A DNA stretch of 64,000 nucleotides from Pseudomonadota bacterium (GCA_043821645.1 JBDRCO010000087.1:276552-340551), one strand, 5' to 3'; positions 48,495-59,004 are shown, counted from the stretch's first letter. Numbers and translations: made by a program. Notes: a model not told the origin generated them from the sequence alone.

Positions 48495-48638
48495 GTGCTC
48501 ACCCAGGGTCCCGGGTCAGGACGTCCGTGATGGAGTCAGGCCGAGCCCGTGTCCGCACCAGGGCGCCGCCCGCCAATCTTTTGTCCCGGGCGCAGGTGGC
48601 CGGTCGTTTTCCGGGGAAGACCCTCGCACGGCAGCGCG

Positions 48639-49427
48639 TCACGGCAGCACGTCGAGCGACTTCCTGCATTCAACGGCCACCGAGGTCTTCTCGAAGCGCG
48701 TGCAGCAGGACTCCAGCGCCTCGCGGGCACTGGCGGTGTCGCCTTGCTTCTGGTGGGCCATGCCGAGGCGATACAGCACGTCCGCGATGCGCTCGGCGCC
48801 GATGAAGCGGCTCAGATCGGTGCCATCACATTTTTCCCGAAAGGCCGTGAACCAGCGGATCGAGGTATCGGTCTGGCCCTGCTCGGCGTAGGCCTGACCC
48901 AGCCAGTAGTAGGCACCGCACAGGTGAGGCGCGCGCGCCACGGCATGCTCCAGCAAGCGCAAACCTTCCTCGACCTTGCCCGTCTTGTACAGGCACCAGC
49001 CCTGGTTCTGCAGCGCGAATTCCGGCGTCGCGTACAGCAGGTTGGCCGCGGCCCGCTCGAAGTAGGGGATGGCCTCGGCGCAGCGCTCCTGTTCCATCAA
49101 GGTCACGCCGTACAGGTTCTCGGCCTCGGAGTAATCCTTCTTGGCTTTCATGGCCAGGCTCAGGTGTTGCCGTGCATCGTCGTGTCGCTGAAAGCCGTTG
49201 AAGTAGACCAGGCCCAGCGTGTACTGCAGTTCCGGATCCCCCGGGTTCAGCTTCTCTGCCTCGAGCAGCTCACCCAGCGCCTCGCGATAGCGGTTCTGGG
49301 TCATCAGCTCGACGCCAAGGGCGCGGCGGCTGTTCGAGATGTGGACCTCCTCATCGGTTGGCGTGTGCACGCACGCACTTGCGACCAGGAGAACAAGGGC
49401 AGACAGGACTGCACCGGATCGCATCAT
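48639..49427 (-). CDS. tgl: TPR lipoprotein Tgl (PilF/PilW-type pilotin)
   Basis: Lipobox ASAC, TPRs, LLYATPEFALQNQGW, several Cys; context resembles the myxobacterial tgl locus. Confidence 0.8.
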   Translation of the reverse strand: MMRSGAVLSALVLLVASACVHTPTDEEVHISNSRRALGVELMTQNRYREALGELLEAEKLNPGDPELQYTLGLVYFNGFQRHDDARQHLSLAMKAKKDYSEAENLYGVTLMEQERCAEAIPYFERAAANLLYATPEFALQNQGWCLYKTGKVEEGLRLLEHAVARAPHLCGAYYWLGQAYAEQGQTDTSIRWFTAFREKCDGTDLSRFIGAERIADVLYRLGMAHQKQGDTASAREALESCCTRFEKTSVAVECRKSLDVLP

Positions 49428-49513
49428 CGAGGGCTCTCCTCTCCTGGTCTGGAGTCGTCGTCCGGAACCCTTCGCGGTCCCGGCGGCGGTTCCCGAGGTG
49501 TCGAATTCGACGG

Positions 49514-50161
49514 TCAGAATGCCGCCAGCAAGCGCGCCAGGCGTGCGCGTTCCTCGTCGCTCAGACCCGGTGAGGCAGCGACGCCGAGAATATTGTCGAT
49601 GGCCGCGCCCAGCGCCGACTCCGCTCCGTCGGTGAGCTGGGCCTGGATCATGGGGAGGTCTTCCAGCTCGTCGAGCGGTTCCAGCATAGCCAGGGGCGCG
49701 GGATCCTCGAGCCCTTCAAGACCATCCAGGGCCGCGGGCACCTCACTGCCTTTGTTTCTTGCCCTGGCCCACGCCCCGGGGTCGTCATGGAAACACGGCA
49801 GGCGTTCGAGTACCGCAGCCTGCTGTGCCGGCCCCAGGCGTCTGAAGTTCACGTTGTCGATCATGAAGCCCATGGACTCGACGAACTGTATGGCCTCGGC
49901 CTCCACCTCGGGATACTGAGCCAGGGGGACGGAGCGCGGCTCACCCACGTAGATGGCGGGATGAAGGCTCTGAGTCTGAAACAGGTAGATCAGGACCGAG
50001 AAGCTGGCGTCGGGGTTGCGCACACCGACGATCATGGCCTGGGTCGGCTCTGCGTCGGATCCGGGGATCACCACGTTGGGTGCGTTGATCGATTCGATGA
50101 CAGCGACGAGGCGCTCGGCAGGTGCGGCCACACGACGCAATTCAGGGGCGGGCACGAACAT
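49514..50161 (-). CDS. Conserved myxobacterial protein upstream of tgl
   Basis: SINAPNVVIPG, EAIQFVESMGFMIDNVNFR, C-terminal LARLLAAF; family recalled, not searched. Confidence 0.7.
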   Translation of the reverse strand: MFVPAPELRRVAAPAERLVAVIESINAPNVVIPGSDAEPTQAMIVGVRNPDASFSVLIYLFQTQSLHPAIYVGEPRSVPLAQYPEVEAEAIQFVESMGFMIDNVNFRRLGPAQQAAVLERLPCFHDDPGAWARARNKGSEVPAALDGLEGLEDPAPLAMLEPLDELEDLPMIQAQLTDGAESALGAAIDNILGVAASPGLSDEERARLARLLAAF

Positions 50162-50162
50162 G

Positions 50163-50759
50163 TCAGCGCCCGGCAAATTCGAAGTCGTCGTTGAACGTGC
50201 GCGACTCGGCGGCGGTGCGCTTGTACTCGACGAGCGGGTTGTCGATCATGACGTTGTCACCACCGACGTTGCCCTCGCCGAGGATGATCTTGAAGTAGTG
50301 CTGCGGCGAGTGGCTCTTGCGCGTGGCCCCGAAGTTCTTGGTGGCGGTGAAGTGGATGACGTTTTTCCCTGGCTTGACGTACTTGCTGACCTCGAACACC
50401 ACCTGTTCCTCGTCGCTGGTGATGCGGCGAACCCACACGCTGTTGATGAAGAGGTCGACGTCATACTGGGTCATTCCCGGGAAGTTCTTCTCGGTGACCA
50501 CCCAGTAGCGGCGCGATCGTACACCGGTCGGCGCAGCGGTGGCCGGGCGGGCGGTGTCCGGGCCCACCTGCTTGACCTGGTAGCCCTTGGCCTTGATGTG
50601 CACGTTGCCCTGGGCGTCGATCTCGACGGTGCAGTTCTCGAAGGTCTGGTTGGCCACACCGTCGATGTTGACCCCGTTGAGATAGACGCTCTTGGCGCTG
50701 GCGATTCCGGCCGTGCTCATGGCCGCGACGACCAGCAGGGCGCTCACGATGGTTCTCAC
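50163..50759 (-). CDS. Hypothetical secreted protein
   Basis: AGGAGG RBS, GTG start, signal peptide, SVYLNGVNIDG..YDVDLFINS..VKPGKN; the real gene is only the 3' part of the 642-aa ORF. Confidence 0.8.
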   Translation of the reverse strand: MRTIVSALLVVAAMSTAGIASAKSVYLNGVNIDGVANQTFENCTVEIDAQGNVHIKAKGYQVKQVGPDTARPATAAPTGVRSRRYWVVTEKNFPGMTQYDVDLFINSVWVRRITSDEEQVVFEVSKYVKPGKNVIHFTATKNFGATRKSHSPQHYFKIILGEGNVGGDNVMIDNPLVEYKRTAAESRTFNDDFEFAGR

Positions 50760-50993
50760 GCTTGGCCTCCTGTCAGCCCAGGGGCTGTGGCCGGCTCCAG
50801 CCCTCAGGACGGTGCAGCGCGCCCGGGTATTCACCCGCGGGGCGAGCCGCCTCGACCCACTCTCCTGGATAGCTGCTCGGGGCCCAACGGTCAAGAAAGC
50901 CGCAATTTTCCTCCGGTATTGTTTTTTACGTCCGCGCGGACCCGGTGCTAGGATGAACCGATCTTGACCTGCACCGTGGAGCACTGATTTCTC

Positions 50994-53495
50994 ATGGCGC
51001 CGCGTGTCCTGCTCAGCCTCGACGACGTGGTCCTCGCATCGGGCGTGGCGCCCCTGCTGCATGACGCGGGCTTCGACGCCCTGATCGTGGCGGATCCGGG
51101 GGAGTTGCCCGCCCGCGGCGTCGATGCCGACGTGGTCGCGGTGGTGGCGCAGGACAGTTACATCGAGGGCTACACCGGCGCCGACCTGTTGCAGCAGATG
51201 CTCACCGCGCGCGGTGAGCCCGTGCCGTCCATCCTGGTGTGTCACCAACCACCGAGCGAGACCGAGCGCGCACCCCTGGTGCAGAGGCTGCACGTCCGCG
51301 CTTTTCTCAACAGCAGCACCACCGACGAAGCGCTGGTGGATGCTGTGCGCAGGGCCACCGGCGGGCTGAAGGCCTCGCTCGAGTTCGACGGCGGAGTGGA
51401 GACCATGCACGAGGGCGCAGATCCCTTCGATCTGTTCGTCGAGCTGTCCGACGAGGTGGACGTGGATCCCGACAGCGATCCACACCGTGAGGTGACCCGT
51501 ACCGTCTCCATCGATGTGCCCGAGGAGGCGCGGGGACCGGCCTCGAACCCGGAGCTGACACCAGCACAGCCGCGGGTTCCGGCCATGATCGTCGACGAGA
51601 CCTCCATCGACCTCAACCTGATGACCCTCGGTCTCAGTGAGGTCATCACGGACGAGCACGAGATCGACCAGGGAAACGTACAGGAGCAAGAAGACATGGC
51701 CCAGATCGAGGAACTGCAGCGACAGCTCGCCCAGGAGCGCGCCGCCCGCGAGAAGGCCGAGGCGGAGATCCCGCGCGCCCAGCGCCAGGCCAAGGAGCGC
51801 GTCCAGAAGCTCGAGGCCGCCCTCACCGAGGCCCGGGGCGTCGCGTCCAAGGCGGGGGATGCCGACGCTGCGCGCGCCAAGCTGGCCGAGGCCGAGCTCA
51901 AGGAGCTTCGCAAGTACAAGGATGCGGCCGAGCGCAAGCTGCGCAAGCTCGAGGGTGAACTGCGCGAGGTGCAGGGCGCTGTCCCGGATCTGGCGGGAGG
52001 TATGTTCGACGACGACGAGGCCGCGCCGTCGAGCGAGGGCCGCTTCGAGCAGATCCCCTATCCGCGCCTGCTCGGCCGCTTGCTCAAGCATCGCTTCGCC
52101 GGCTCGATGAGCCTGCGCACCGGCGCCACCACGCGCGAGATCTTCTTCAACGAGGGGCGTCCCGTCGCCTACTCCTCGGCTTCACCGGGCGAGCGTCTGG
52201 GGCAGATTCTCGTCGAGCAAAAGCGCATCACCGAACAGCAGTACATGACCGCGGCCCGGCGCATGGTCGAGCGTGGTGTCAAGCTCACGGACGCCTTGCT
52301 CGAGCTGGGCTACATCGACACCCAGCACCTCGATGAGGAGCAGCGCTTCTTGACCCGGGATCAGATCGTCAGTGGCTTCGGCGTGACCGAGGGTAGTTTC
52401 ACCCTGACCGCCAGCGTGTCGCCACCGCCGGACACGCCGCGCTTCGACTTCAGTCCGGGCGAGATCTACGTCGCTGGCTATCGCCAGTACGCGCCCGAGG
52501 GCGAGGTCAACGCACTGTTCGAGACCATGCGCCGGCTGTACCTCAAGCCCAGCGAGGAGATGGCAGCGTACCGGCCGCACCTGGGCCTCGAGGCCGAAGA
52601 CGAACGCCTGCTGCGGCTGCTGGGCAAGGCCTATACCACCGAGGAAGCGGTGGCTCGGGCGAATGTTTCCGAGGAACGGGCTGCGCGTCTGCTCGGTGCC
52701 CTGCGCGGCCTGGGCTTGATCGCAGCCTGGAATCCTGGCGCGCCGCAGTTCGAGGAACGCGTGCGGCAGATGCAGCAGGAGTACCGCAACGAGGTCCTGA
52801 CTCTGCGCGAGGAGCTGCAGACGCGCGAGGACAGAGTGATCGACACCTTCGAGAAGGCCCTGGCACGCCTCGAGCAGGGTGGCTCCGCCCTCACCGGTGC
52901 CAGCGCGACACTGCGCCAGACCGTCGATCTCCCGCCGCGCGAGGAGAAGACCGAGCCTCACTTCGATCGAAGCAAGCTGCAAGGTTCGAAGCCTTTTCAG
53001 GATGACACCCCCCCCGCTGGCGGCGAGCTGATGGGCGGCGAGGCCGAGGTCAAGAGCGCCCTCGACTACGCTTTCATTCCACCGGCGAGCGCGGCGCCTC
53101 CTCCTCCTCTTCCTCCTCCTCCGCCGCCGCCCAAGGCGACGCTGCCGACGCCGACCTCCACCAAGCCCATGACCGCGATTCCACCGGCGCCGCCGCCCAC
53201 CGAGACAGACACGCCGGCCGAGGCCAAGTTCCGCGAGGGCATGAACCGCGCGGCGCAGGGCCAGCTCGACGAGGCCGAAGGGGCCCTGCGCGAGGCCGTG
53301 CGTCTGGACGCGCAGAGACCCTCGTACCTGTCAGCGCTGGCGCGGGTCCTGCTGTCCAACCCCAAGTACGATCGATCGGGGACCCTGCCCGTGGTGCGCT
53401 CCTTGCTCGAGCGCGCCCAGACTCTGGCTCCCAACGACGACGAGGTGCGGGCCCTGCTCGCGCGGGTCAGCTCGGAGCAAACGCAGCTCGAGTAG
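50994..53495 (+). CDS. Multidomain protein: degenerate receiver, acidic linker, coiled coil, DUF4388-like, poly-Pro, TPR
   Basis: EGRFEQIPYPRLL..FAGSMSL..IFFNEGRP..ERLGQILV..LLELGYI pattern; C-terminal TPR. Confidence 0.75.
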   Translation: MAPRVLLSLDDVVLASGVAPLLHDAGFDALIVADPGELPARGVDADVVAVVAQDSYIEGYTGADLLQQMLTARGEPVPSILVCHQPPSETERAPLVQRLHVRAFLNSSTTDEALVDAVRRATGGLKASLEFDGGVETMHEGADPFDLFVELSDEVDVDPDSDPHREVTRTVSIDVPEEARGPASNPELTPAQPRVPAMIVDETSIDLNLMTLGLSEVITDEHEIDQGNVQEQEDMAQIEELQRQLAQERAAREKAEAEIPRAQRQAKERVQKLEAALTEARGVASKAGDADAARAKLAEAELKELRKYKDAAERKLRKLEGELREVQGAVPDLAGGMFDDDEAAPSSEGRFEQIPYPRLLGRLLKHRFAGSMSLRTGATTREIFFNEGRPVAYSSASPGERLGQILVEQKRITEQQYMTAARRMVERGVKLTDALLELGYIDTQHLDEEQRFLTRDQIVSGFGVTEGSFTLTASVSPPPDTPRFDFSPGEIYVAGYRQYAPEGEVNALFETMRRLYLKPSEEMAAYRPHLGLEAEDERLLRLLGKAYTTEEAVARANVSEERAARLLGALRGLGLIAAWNPGAPQFEERVRQMQQEYRNEVLTLREELQTREDRVIDTFEKALARLEQGGSALTGASATLRQTVDLPPREEKTEPHFDRSKLQGSKPFQDDTPPAGGELMGGEAEVKSALDYAFIPPASAAPPPPLPPPPPPPKATLPTPTSTKPMTAIPPAPPPTETDTPAEAKFREGMNRAAQGQLDEAEGALREAVRLDAQRPSYLSALARVLLSNPKYDRSGTLPVVRSLLERAQTLAPNDDEVRALLARVSSEQTQLE

Positions 53496-53659
53496 CGGTG
53501 CCCGGCGGCCAGTGAAGCGGACTTGCGTTTCCTGGTCTGCGACCTGGCCCGGACCACGGCCGACCGTCGGCGAGCGCCCGCAGTGCCGGGGTGGCCTGCT
53601 CGACCCTTGTCGGACCCCGGATCATGGACTACAAGAGCCGCCTTGAACGAGGCACGTCC

Positions 53660-54361
53660 ATGATCAATCTCGCCCTGTCCTTGCTCGCCGGCGTCGCCCT
53701 GGGCCTGCTGCTGGGCATCTGGTTGACACCCATCGAGGCCATCCTGCCGGCCCTGGTGGTGGTCGGCGTGGTCTACTTCCTGCTGGCCCGGCGCGCCATG
53801 AACAAGCTGGAGGCAGTGTTCCTGTCGTCGCAAAAGGACCTGATGGCGGGCCGCATCGAAAAGGCCATCCGCATCATCGAGAGCGCGCGGCCGGTCGGGC
53901 GCTGGCAGTTTTTGGTCGGCGCCCAGATCGATGCCCAGATCGGGATGATCCATTTCGTGCGCGAGGACTTCAAGACAGCCCAGCCCTACCTCGAGCGCGC
54001 CCTGTCCCGGCTGTGGATCCCCAAGGCCATGCTCGGCTCGCTGCTGTACAAGAAGAAGGACGTCGAGGCGATGCGCACCAACTTCGAGAAGGCGGTCTCC
54101 GTCGGCAAGAAGCAGGGCCTGGCCTGGTCGATCTACGCCTGGTGCGAGTGGAAGCTGGGCAACGTCGAGCGGGCCATCGCGATCCTCAATCGTGGAGAGA
54201 AGGTCCTCAAGGACGACGATGACAAGCTCAAGGCCAACCTGCTGGCGCTGCAGAATGGCAAGAAGATGAAGATGAAGGGCTACGGCGATCAGTGGTACCA
54301 GTTTCACCTGGAGACCATGCCTGCCCTCAAGCAGCAGAACGTGCGTTTCGCCAGGCGCTAG
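53660..54361 (+). CDS. Membrane-anchored TPR protein
   Basis: Two N-terminal TMs followed by TPR-like helices; strong host codon usage. Confidence 0.78.
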   Translation: MINLALSLLAGVALGLLLGIWLTPIEAILPALVVVGVVYFLLARRAMNKLEAVFLSSQKDLMAGRIEKAIRIIESARPVGRWQFLVGAQIDAQIGMIHFVREDFKTAQPYLERALSRLWIPKAMLGSLLYKKKDVEAMRTNFEKAVSVGKKQGLAWSIYAWCEWKLGNVERAIAILNRGEKVLKDDDDKLKANLLALQNGKKMKMKGYGDQWYQFHLETMPALKQQNVRFARR

Positions 54362-54579
54362 CACCCTTTACCGCGAGTCTGTTGCACCCGATCCCGCCAT
54401 GTTATCGTGCGCCCCCGGATGGCGTGGGGCTGACCTCCGCGGTCCGTGAGGTGGCGTCCGATCGTGGTGCTGGAACGTGCGCGGTGGCTGGTGGCGATGT
54501 TGGTGCCGGTACGGGGGACCTGCCGAGGCGCACCCTCGACGGGGCAGGGCGGCAAGGCCCTCCCTGAAACACCTGTGAC

Positions 54580-56259
54580 GTGGAGGGGTCGAGCGTGGGC
54601 CTGACGCCAGAGCTGATGGCCGGGCAAGCCGGCCTGGCAGGATGGCGCGACGCGCCGCCCAGCGAGGCGACGGCTCCCCGTCCGAGGCTCTACGTGGTCG
54701 ACGACCAGGGCTGCCCCATCGGCCACGACCTCGGTCGCGTCACCACCATTGGCCGCCATCCCGACAACAGCATCCAGATCCTCGATGCAGGCATGTCCAA
54801 GTTTCACCTGCGGCTGCTGCGAGGGCGTGCCGGAGTGCTGTTCGAGGACCTGGGCTCGGCCAACGGCACGCGGCTCAACGGGGCTCCTGCGCACCGCGCC
54901 GTGCTGCACGATGGCGACGAGCTGCAGGTCGGTGAGACGCGCTTGCTGTACGCCCTGCACTGGGTCGCGCCCGGTGGCCACGGACCGGCCGTGTCCATGC
55001 TGCCCACGCGCCTGGGGGGTCCGGGCAGCGCGGTCACCCACATCGATGGCATGGACGCGGGGGAGGAGTTCCCGGCGGCGGAGCACCTTGGCAGCCGGGC
55101 CCAGCTCGCCGAGACCTACCAGCGTCTGCGCCAGACCTACGCGTTGCTGCGGGCCGTGGCCAGCGCCGACGATCTCAACGCCATGGCGGATGCGGTGCTG
55201 GCGCACGCGATGCGGCAGTTGCCGGTGGCGCGCGGCGCCCTGCTGCTGCTGGATCTGGTTGACGGCGTGCCGCAGCTGGCTCCCCTGGCCACGCTGGCGG
55301 TGGGCGAGCACGGTCACGACCTGTCCCTGCCGCGGGCGCGCATCGAGCAGATCCTTCGCGATCGGACCGGGCTGGTGATCGAGGACGCCGGGCAGTGCAG
55401 CATCACGGTCCCCCTGGTCGACGGCGGGCAGGTGGTGGGCCTGCTGCACTTCGAGGGTGCCGCCGGAGCGCCTCCCCCCACCGCCCGGGACCTGGCCATC
55501 CTGTCGACGGTGGCGCGTCCCGCGGCCCTGGCCATCGCCAACGCGCGACTGCTCGCCAGCACCGCCGAGGATGCGCGCGCGCGCCAGGCTCTCGAGCGCT
55601 TCCTGTCGCCGACCCTGGTCGAGCAGGTGCGGCGTCGCGCCCTGCTGCTCGACGAGGATGGCCGCAGTTGCGAGGCCACCATCCTGTTCGCCGACATCCG
55701 GGGCTTCGTGAGCCTGAGCGCCGAGCTCGACGCCGAGGCCGTGGTGGCGATGCTCAACGAGTACTTCGAGCGCGCGGTCGAGGTGGTGTTTCGCCACCAT
55801 GGTGTGCTCGACAAGTTCATCGGGGACGCCCTGATGGCCGTGTGGGGCGCGGCCCAGAGCACGCCCGACCACGCAGCCCAGGCCCTGCGCGCAGCGGTGG
55901 ACCTGCGCCAGGCGCTGGACGAGCTCAACCTCGAGCGCACGCAGCGTGGCGAACCTGCGCTGCGCGTGGGCACCGGCGTGGCGACGGGACGGGTGGTGGC
56001 AGGTCGCGTGGGGTCCTCGCGGCGGCTCGAGCTGACCGTGATCGGGGATGCGGTCAACGTGGCCTCGCGCCTGTGCGACATGGCCGGCGCCGGCGAGATC
56101 GTGGTGGCCCAGAGCACCCGCGAGGCCGCACCCGAGGTCTGCAGCTACCGCGATCTGGGGGAGCGTCTGATCAAGGGCAAACCGCAACCGGTGCTGGTGT
56201 CCCTGGCCGCGCCCGTCGACAGCGCGGGGCGCGATCGCGACGACAGGACCGCCCGATGA
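54580..56259 (+). CDS. FHA-GAF class III adenylate cyclase
   Basis: FHA (IGRH..MSKFH..DLGSANGT); GAF; ILFADIRGF, LDKFIGDALMA, LTVIGDAVNVASRL; start uncertain. Confidence 0.9.
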   Translation: MEGSSVGLTPELMAGQAGLAGWRDAPPSEATAPRPRLYVVDDQGCPIGHDLGRVTTIGRHPDNSIQILDAGMSKFHLRLLRGRAGVLFEDLGSANGTRLNGAPAHRAVLHDGDELQVGETRLLYALHWVAPGGHGPAVSMLPTRLGGPGSAVTHIDGMDAGEEFPAAEHLGSRAQLAETYQRLRQTYALLRAVASADDLNAMADAVLAHAMRQLPVARGALLLLDLVDGVPQLAPLATLAVGEHGHDLSLPRARIEQILRDRTGLVIEDAGQCSITVPLVDGGQVVGLLHFEGAAGAPPPTARDLAILSTVARPAALAIANARLLASTAEDARARQALERFLSPTLVEQVRRRALLLDEDGRSCEATILFADIRGFVSLSAELDAEAVVAMLNEYFERAVEVVFRHHGVLDKFIGDALMAVWGAAQSTPDHAAQALRAAVDLRQALDELNLERTQRGEPALRVGTGVATGRVVAGRVGSSRRLELTVIGDAVNVASRLCDMAGAGEIVVAQSTREAAPEVCSYRDLGERLIKGKPQPVLVSLAAPVDSAGRDRDDRTAR

Positions 56260-58211
56260 TCACGCAGCAGTGCCCCAACTGCTTCAAGCGCGTGGATGTG
56301 AGCATCTACGTGTCGGGGCAACGCGTGCGCTGCCCGCGCTGTCGCGTTCCCTTCGTGGTGGTGCGTCAGAGCATGGGTCCCGTTGAGGCGGCGCCCGCCG
56401 CGGCCACTCACGAGCCACCGCGGCGCTCGCCGGTGGAGGCGCGCACCACACCCTCGCGCCCCATGGCCGCGCTGCGCCCCGACGGTCAGCCGGTGTCGCT
56501 GCTGGATCCCGTCGACGAGGCCTGGCCCACCCGCGGTCGCCCGGCGCCCGAGCAGCCTCCCCTGGATGCGCCGGAGATTCCGGGCTACCGCATCACCGCC
56601 CTCATCGGCCAGGGTGCGATGGGGACCGTGTATCGCGCCCAGCGCGTGCGTGATGGCGTCACCGTGGCCCTCAAGGTGCTGGCAGAACAGTTGCAGACCT
56701 CGGCCGAGTTCGTGGCGCGCTTCGAGCGCGAGATCGCGGCCCTGGCCGCGGTGCAGCACCCCAACGTGGTGCGCCTGATCGAGATGAGCCAGGTCGGCGA
56801 GCGGCGCTTCTTTGCCATGGAGTTTGCCGAGGGCACGTCGCTGCGCGCCGAGTTCGCGGTGACCAAACCAGTGCCGTCGCGGGTGGTGTCCATCCTCATC
56901 GCGGTCACCGAGGGCCTGGCCGCGGCCCACGACGCCGGCGTGATTCATCGCGACCTCAAGCCCGAGAACGTCGTGGTGATGCCGGACGGCGGTGTGCGCA
57001 TCGTCGACTTTGGCCTGGCGGGCCTGTTCGGTGACGGCGATCCCCACCCCAATCTCACGCGCTCGCGGGTGACCATGGGCACGGTCAACTACATGGCGCC
57101 CGAGCAGCGCACCGACGCCAAGTACGTGGACCAGCGCGCTGACATCTACGCCGTCGGGGTGATGCTGTACGAGGGGCTCACCGGCGAGCTGCCGGTGGGA
57201 CGCTTCCAGTTCCCCAACGAGCGCGGGCTCAAGTTGCCCCTGCTATGCGACAGCATCCTGAGCAAGGCCCTGGCGCGGGATCCCCGCCAGCGCTATCCCG
57301 ACGCCCGCGCCGTGCTCGACGACCTGCACAAGCTCGAGCGGCTCCTGCGCAGCGCGGCCCTCGCCGACACCGTGCTGCCGCGACCGCCCCCCGACGTGGT
57401 GCACAGCCACGTGGTGCAGCGTCGGCAGAGCCTGCGCCAGACCGTGCTGCACCCGGCATCCCGGCGCTGGGCCCTGGTCAGCCTGGCCTCGATGATGGTG
57501 GCCGGAGCCGGCTTTGGCCTGGGATGGCGCTGGCTCGAGCGCCAGGGCATCTACGAGGTGGTGATCGAGGATGGGCAGGCCCGGCGCGAGGAGACCCGGA
57601 ACCAGCTCGAGGGTCCTTCCCTGGGGCTGGTGGCGGCCGACAAGGTGCCGCTGTCCACGACCCTGGGCCTGTGGCGCGTCGCGGGCGCACAGCTCGAGCA
57701 CCAGGTCGACGCGCCGGTGGTGCGACTGCAGCCCACGGTGGCCAGCGCCACCCTCGGCGCTGCGCTGACCACCCCGCGGCTGCGGGTTCAGGCCGAACTC
57801 CGGCGGCCCGCCATCCCGGCCCTCGCCCGCCAGGCGGCGCGCAGCCAGGGTTTCGTCGACGAGGCGCGGCTGGATCTGTCGGTGCGCATCGGCGTGGGCC
57901 TGGATCTCGGCGACCGGGTGCTCGGTGGCTACGTCGACAGCGACGGAACCTGCGGCTACCTGGAGCGCCGTGGCCTGGACCTCACCGTGAGCTCGCACGT
58001 GTGCGGCGGAGGCGGAGCCCAGAGCGCGGTGCTCGAGCTGTGGGTCGAGGGTCAGGCCCTGCACCTGCGGGTCGATGACTTGCGGCTGCCGCCACATCCC
58101 CTGGACAGCGAGCCCGGCCCCGCCCGTCCCGCGCTGCTGTGCCAGAATGCCAACTGCATTTTTTCGGCGGCGTCGGCGCAGACGCCTGCCGCGCGCACGG
58201 GCGGTCGGTGA
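56256..58211 (+). CDS. Ser/Thr protein kinase with N-terminal zinc ribbon, TM and extracytoplasmic domain
   Basis: ATGA overlap; CPNC..CPRC; IGQGAMGTVY, VALK, HRDLKPEN, DFG, YMAPE, DIYAVG; TM WALVSLASMMVAGAGFGLGW. Confidence 0.93.
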   Translation: MITQQCPNCFKRVDVSIYVSGQRVRCPRCRVPFVVVRQSMGPVEAAPAAATHEPPRRSPVEARTTPSRPMAALRPDGQPVSLLDPVDEAWPTRGRPAPEQPPLDAPEIPGYRITALIGQGAMGTVYRAQRVRDGVTVALKVLAEQLQTSAEFVARFEREIAALAAVQHPNVVRLIEMSQVGERRFFAMEFAEGTSLRAEFAVTKPVPSRVVSILIAVTEGLAAAHDAGVIHRDLKPENVVVMPDGGVRIVDFGLAGLFGDGDPHPNLTRSRVTMGTVNYMAPEQRTDAKYVDQRADIYAVGVMLYEGLTGELPVGRFQFPNERGLKLPLLCDSILSKALARDPRQRYPDARAVLDDLHKLERLLRSAALADTVLPRPPPDVVHSHVVQRRQSLRQTVLHPASRRWALVSLASMMVAGAGFGLGWRWLERQGIYEVVIEDGQARREETRNQLEGPSLGLVAADKVPLSTTLGLWRVAGAQLEHQVDAPVVRLQPTVASATLGAALTTPRLRVQAELRRPAIPALARQAARSQGFVDEARLDLSVRIGVGLDLGDRVLGGYVDSDGTCGYLERRGLDLTVSSHVCGGGGAQSAVLELWVEGQALHLRVDDLRLPPHPLDSEPGPARPALLCQNANCIFSAASAQTPAARTGGR

Positions 58212-58909
58212 CACTGGTGCGCCCCACCCTCGTGCTGTTCGACATCGACGGCACCCTGGTCGATGCCGACGGCGCCGGTCGCGCTGCTCTCGACGAGGCC
58301 TTCGCGGGGAGCTGGAACATCCTCGACGCCACCCGCGACGTGGTGCTGGCTGGCGGCACCGACCCCGAGATCGTGCGCGACATCCTGGTGACCCAGCTCG
58401 GGCTCACCACCGACAGCGTGACCCCGGGCATGATCAAGGGTGTGCTCGGGGCTTACCTGGCACACCTGCCGCGCTGCATGGCCGCGGCCACCAGCTTTAG
58501 GATCCTGCCCGGCGTGCGCGAGATCCTGCCCACCTTGTCGCGTCGCCCCGGCGTGTTCCTGGCGCTGGCCACTGGCAACATCGCACCGGCGGCCCGCCTC
58601 AAGCTGGCCAAGGCCCAGCTCAACACCTACTTCCGCACAGGCGGCTTTGGCGGCGATGCCCCGACCCGGGCCGGGCTGATCACGGTCGCCCAGGAGCGCA
58701 TGGCGCGCGTGGCCGGGCAGCGCTTCGAGCGCCGCCGCGTGTTCATGGTGGGTGACACCGTGCGCGACATCAAGGCGGCCCGCGCCGCCGGTGTGGTGGC
58801 GGTGGGGGTGGCCACGGGACCGGATAGCGAGGAGGTGCTGAGTGAGGCCGGGGCGGATCTGGTGCTGAGCAGCCTGGATCAAGCGGCGGATCTGGTGCAG
58901 GCTCTGTGA
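58208..58909 (+). CDS. HAD-superfamily hydrolase
   Basis: GTGA overlap; LFDIDGTL, ATGN, VGDTVRDI. Confidence 0.9.
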   Translation: MTLVRPTLVLFDIDGTLVDADGAGRAALDEAFAGSWNILDATRDVVLAGGTDPEIVRDILVTQLGLTTDSVTPGMIKGVLGAYLAHLPRCMAAATSFRILPGVREILPTLSRRPGVFLALATGNIAPAARLKLAKAQLNTYFRTGGFGGDAPTRAGLITVAQERMARVAGQRFERRRVFMVGDTVRDIKAARAAGVVAVGVATGPDSEEVLSEAGADLVLSSLDQAADLVQAL

Positions 58910-59004
58910 ATCCGCTTCCCGTGCCAGGCCGGGGCTGCCCAAAAATCGGCATCACGGGCGGTGCTGCTGCCAAAGAACCGGCAAGGGCACGCGGGTCAAG
59001 TAGA

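Noticed and set aside
50163-52091. 642-aa ORF, and likewise the extended starts at 2378, 15514, 29865 and 55395
   Set aside because: The extensions overlap real genes; internal starts with RBS, stop-start coupling or a family-typical N-terminus fit better
54362-54579. Possible ncRNA or riboswitch before the cyclase gene
   Set aside because: Only generic GC-rich hairpins; no recognisable conserved motif
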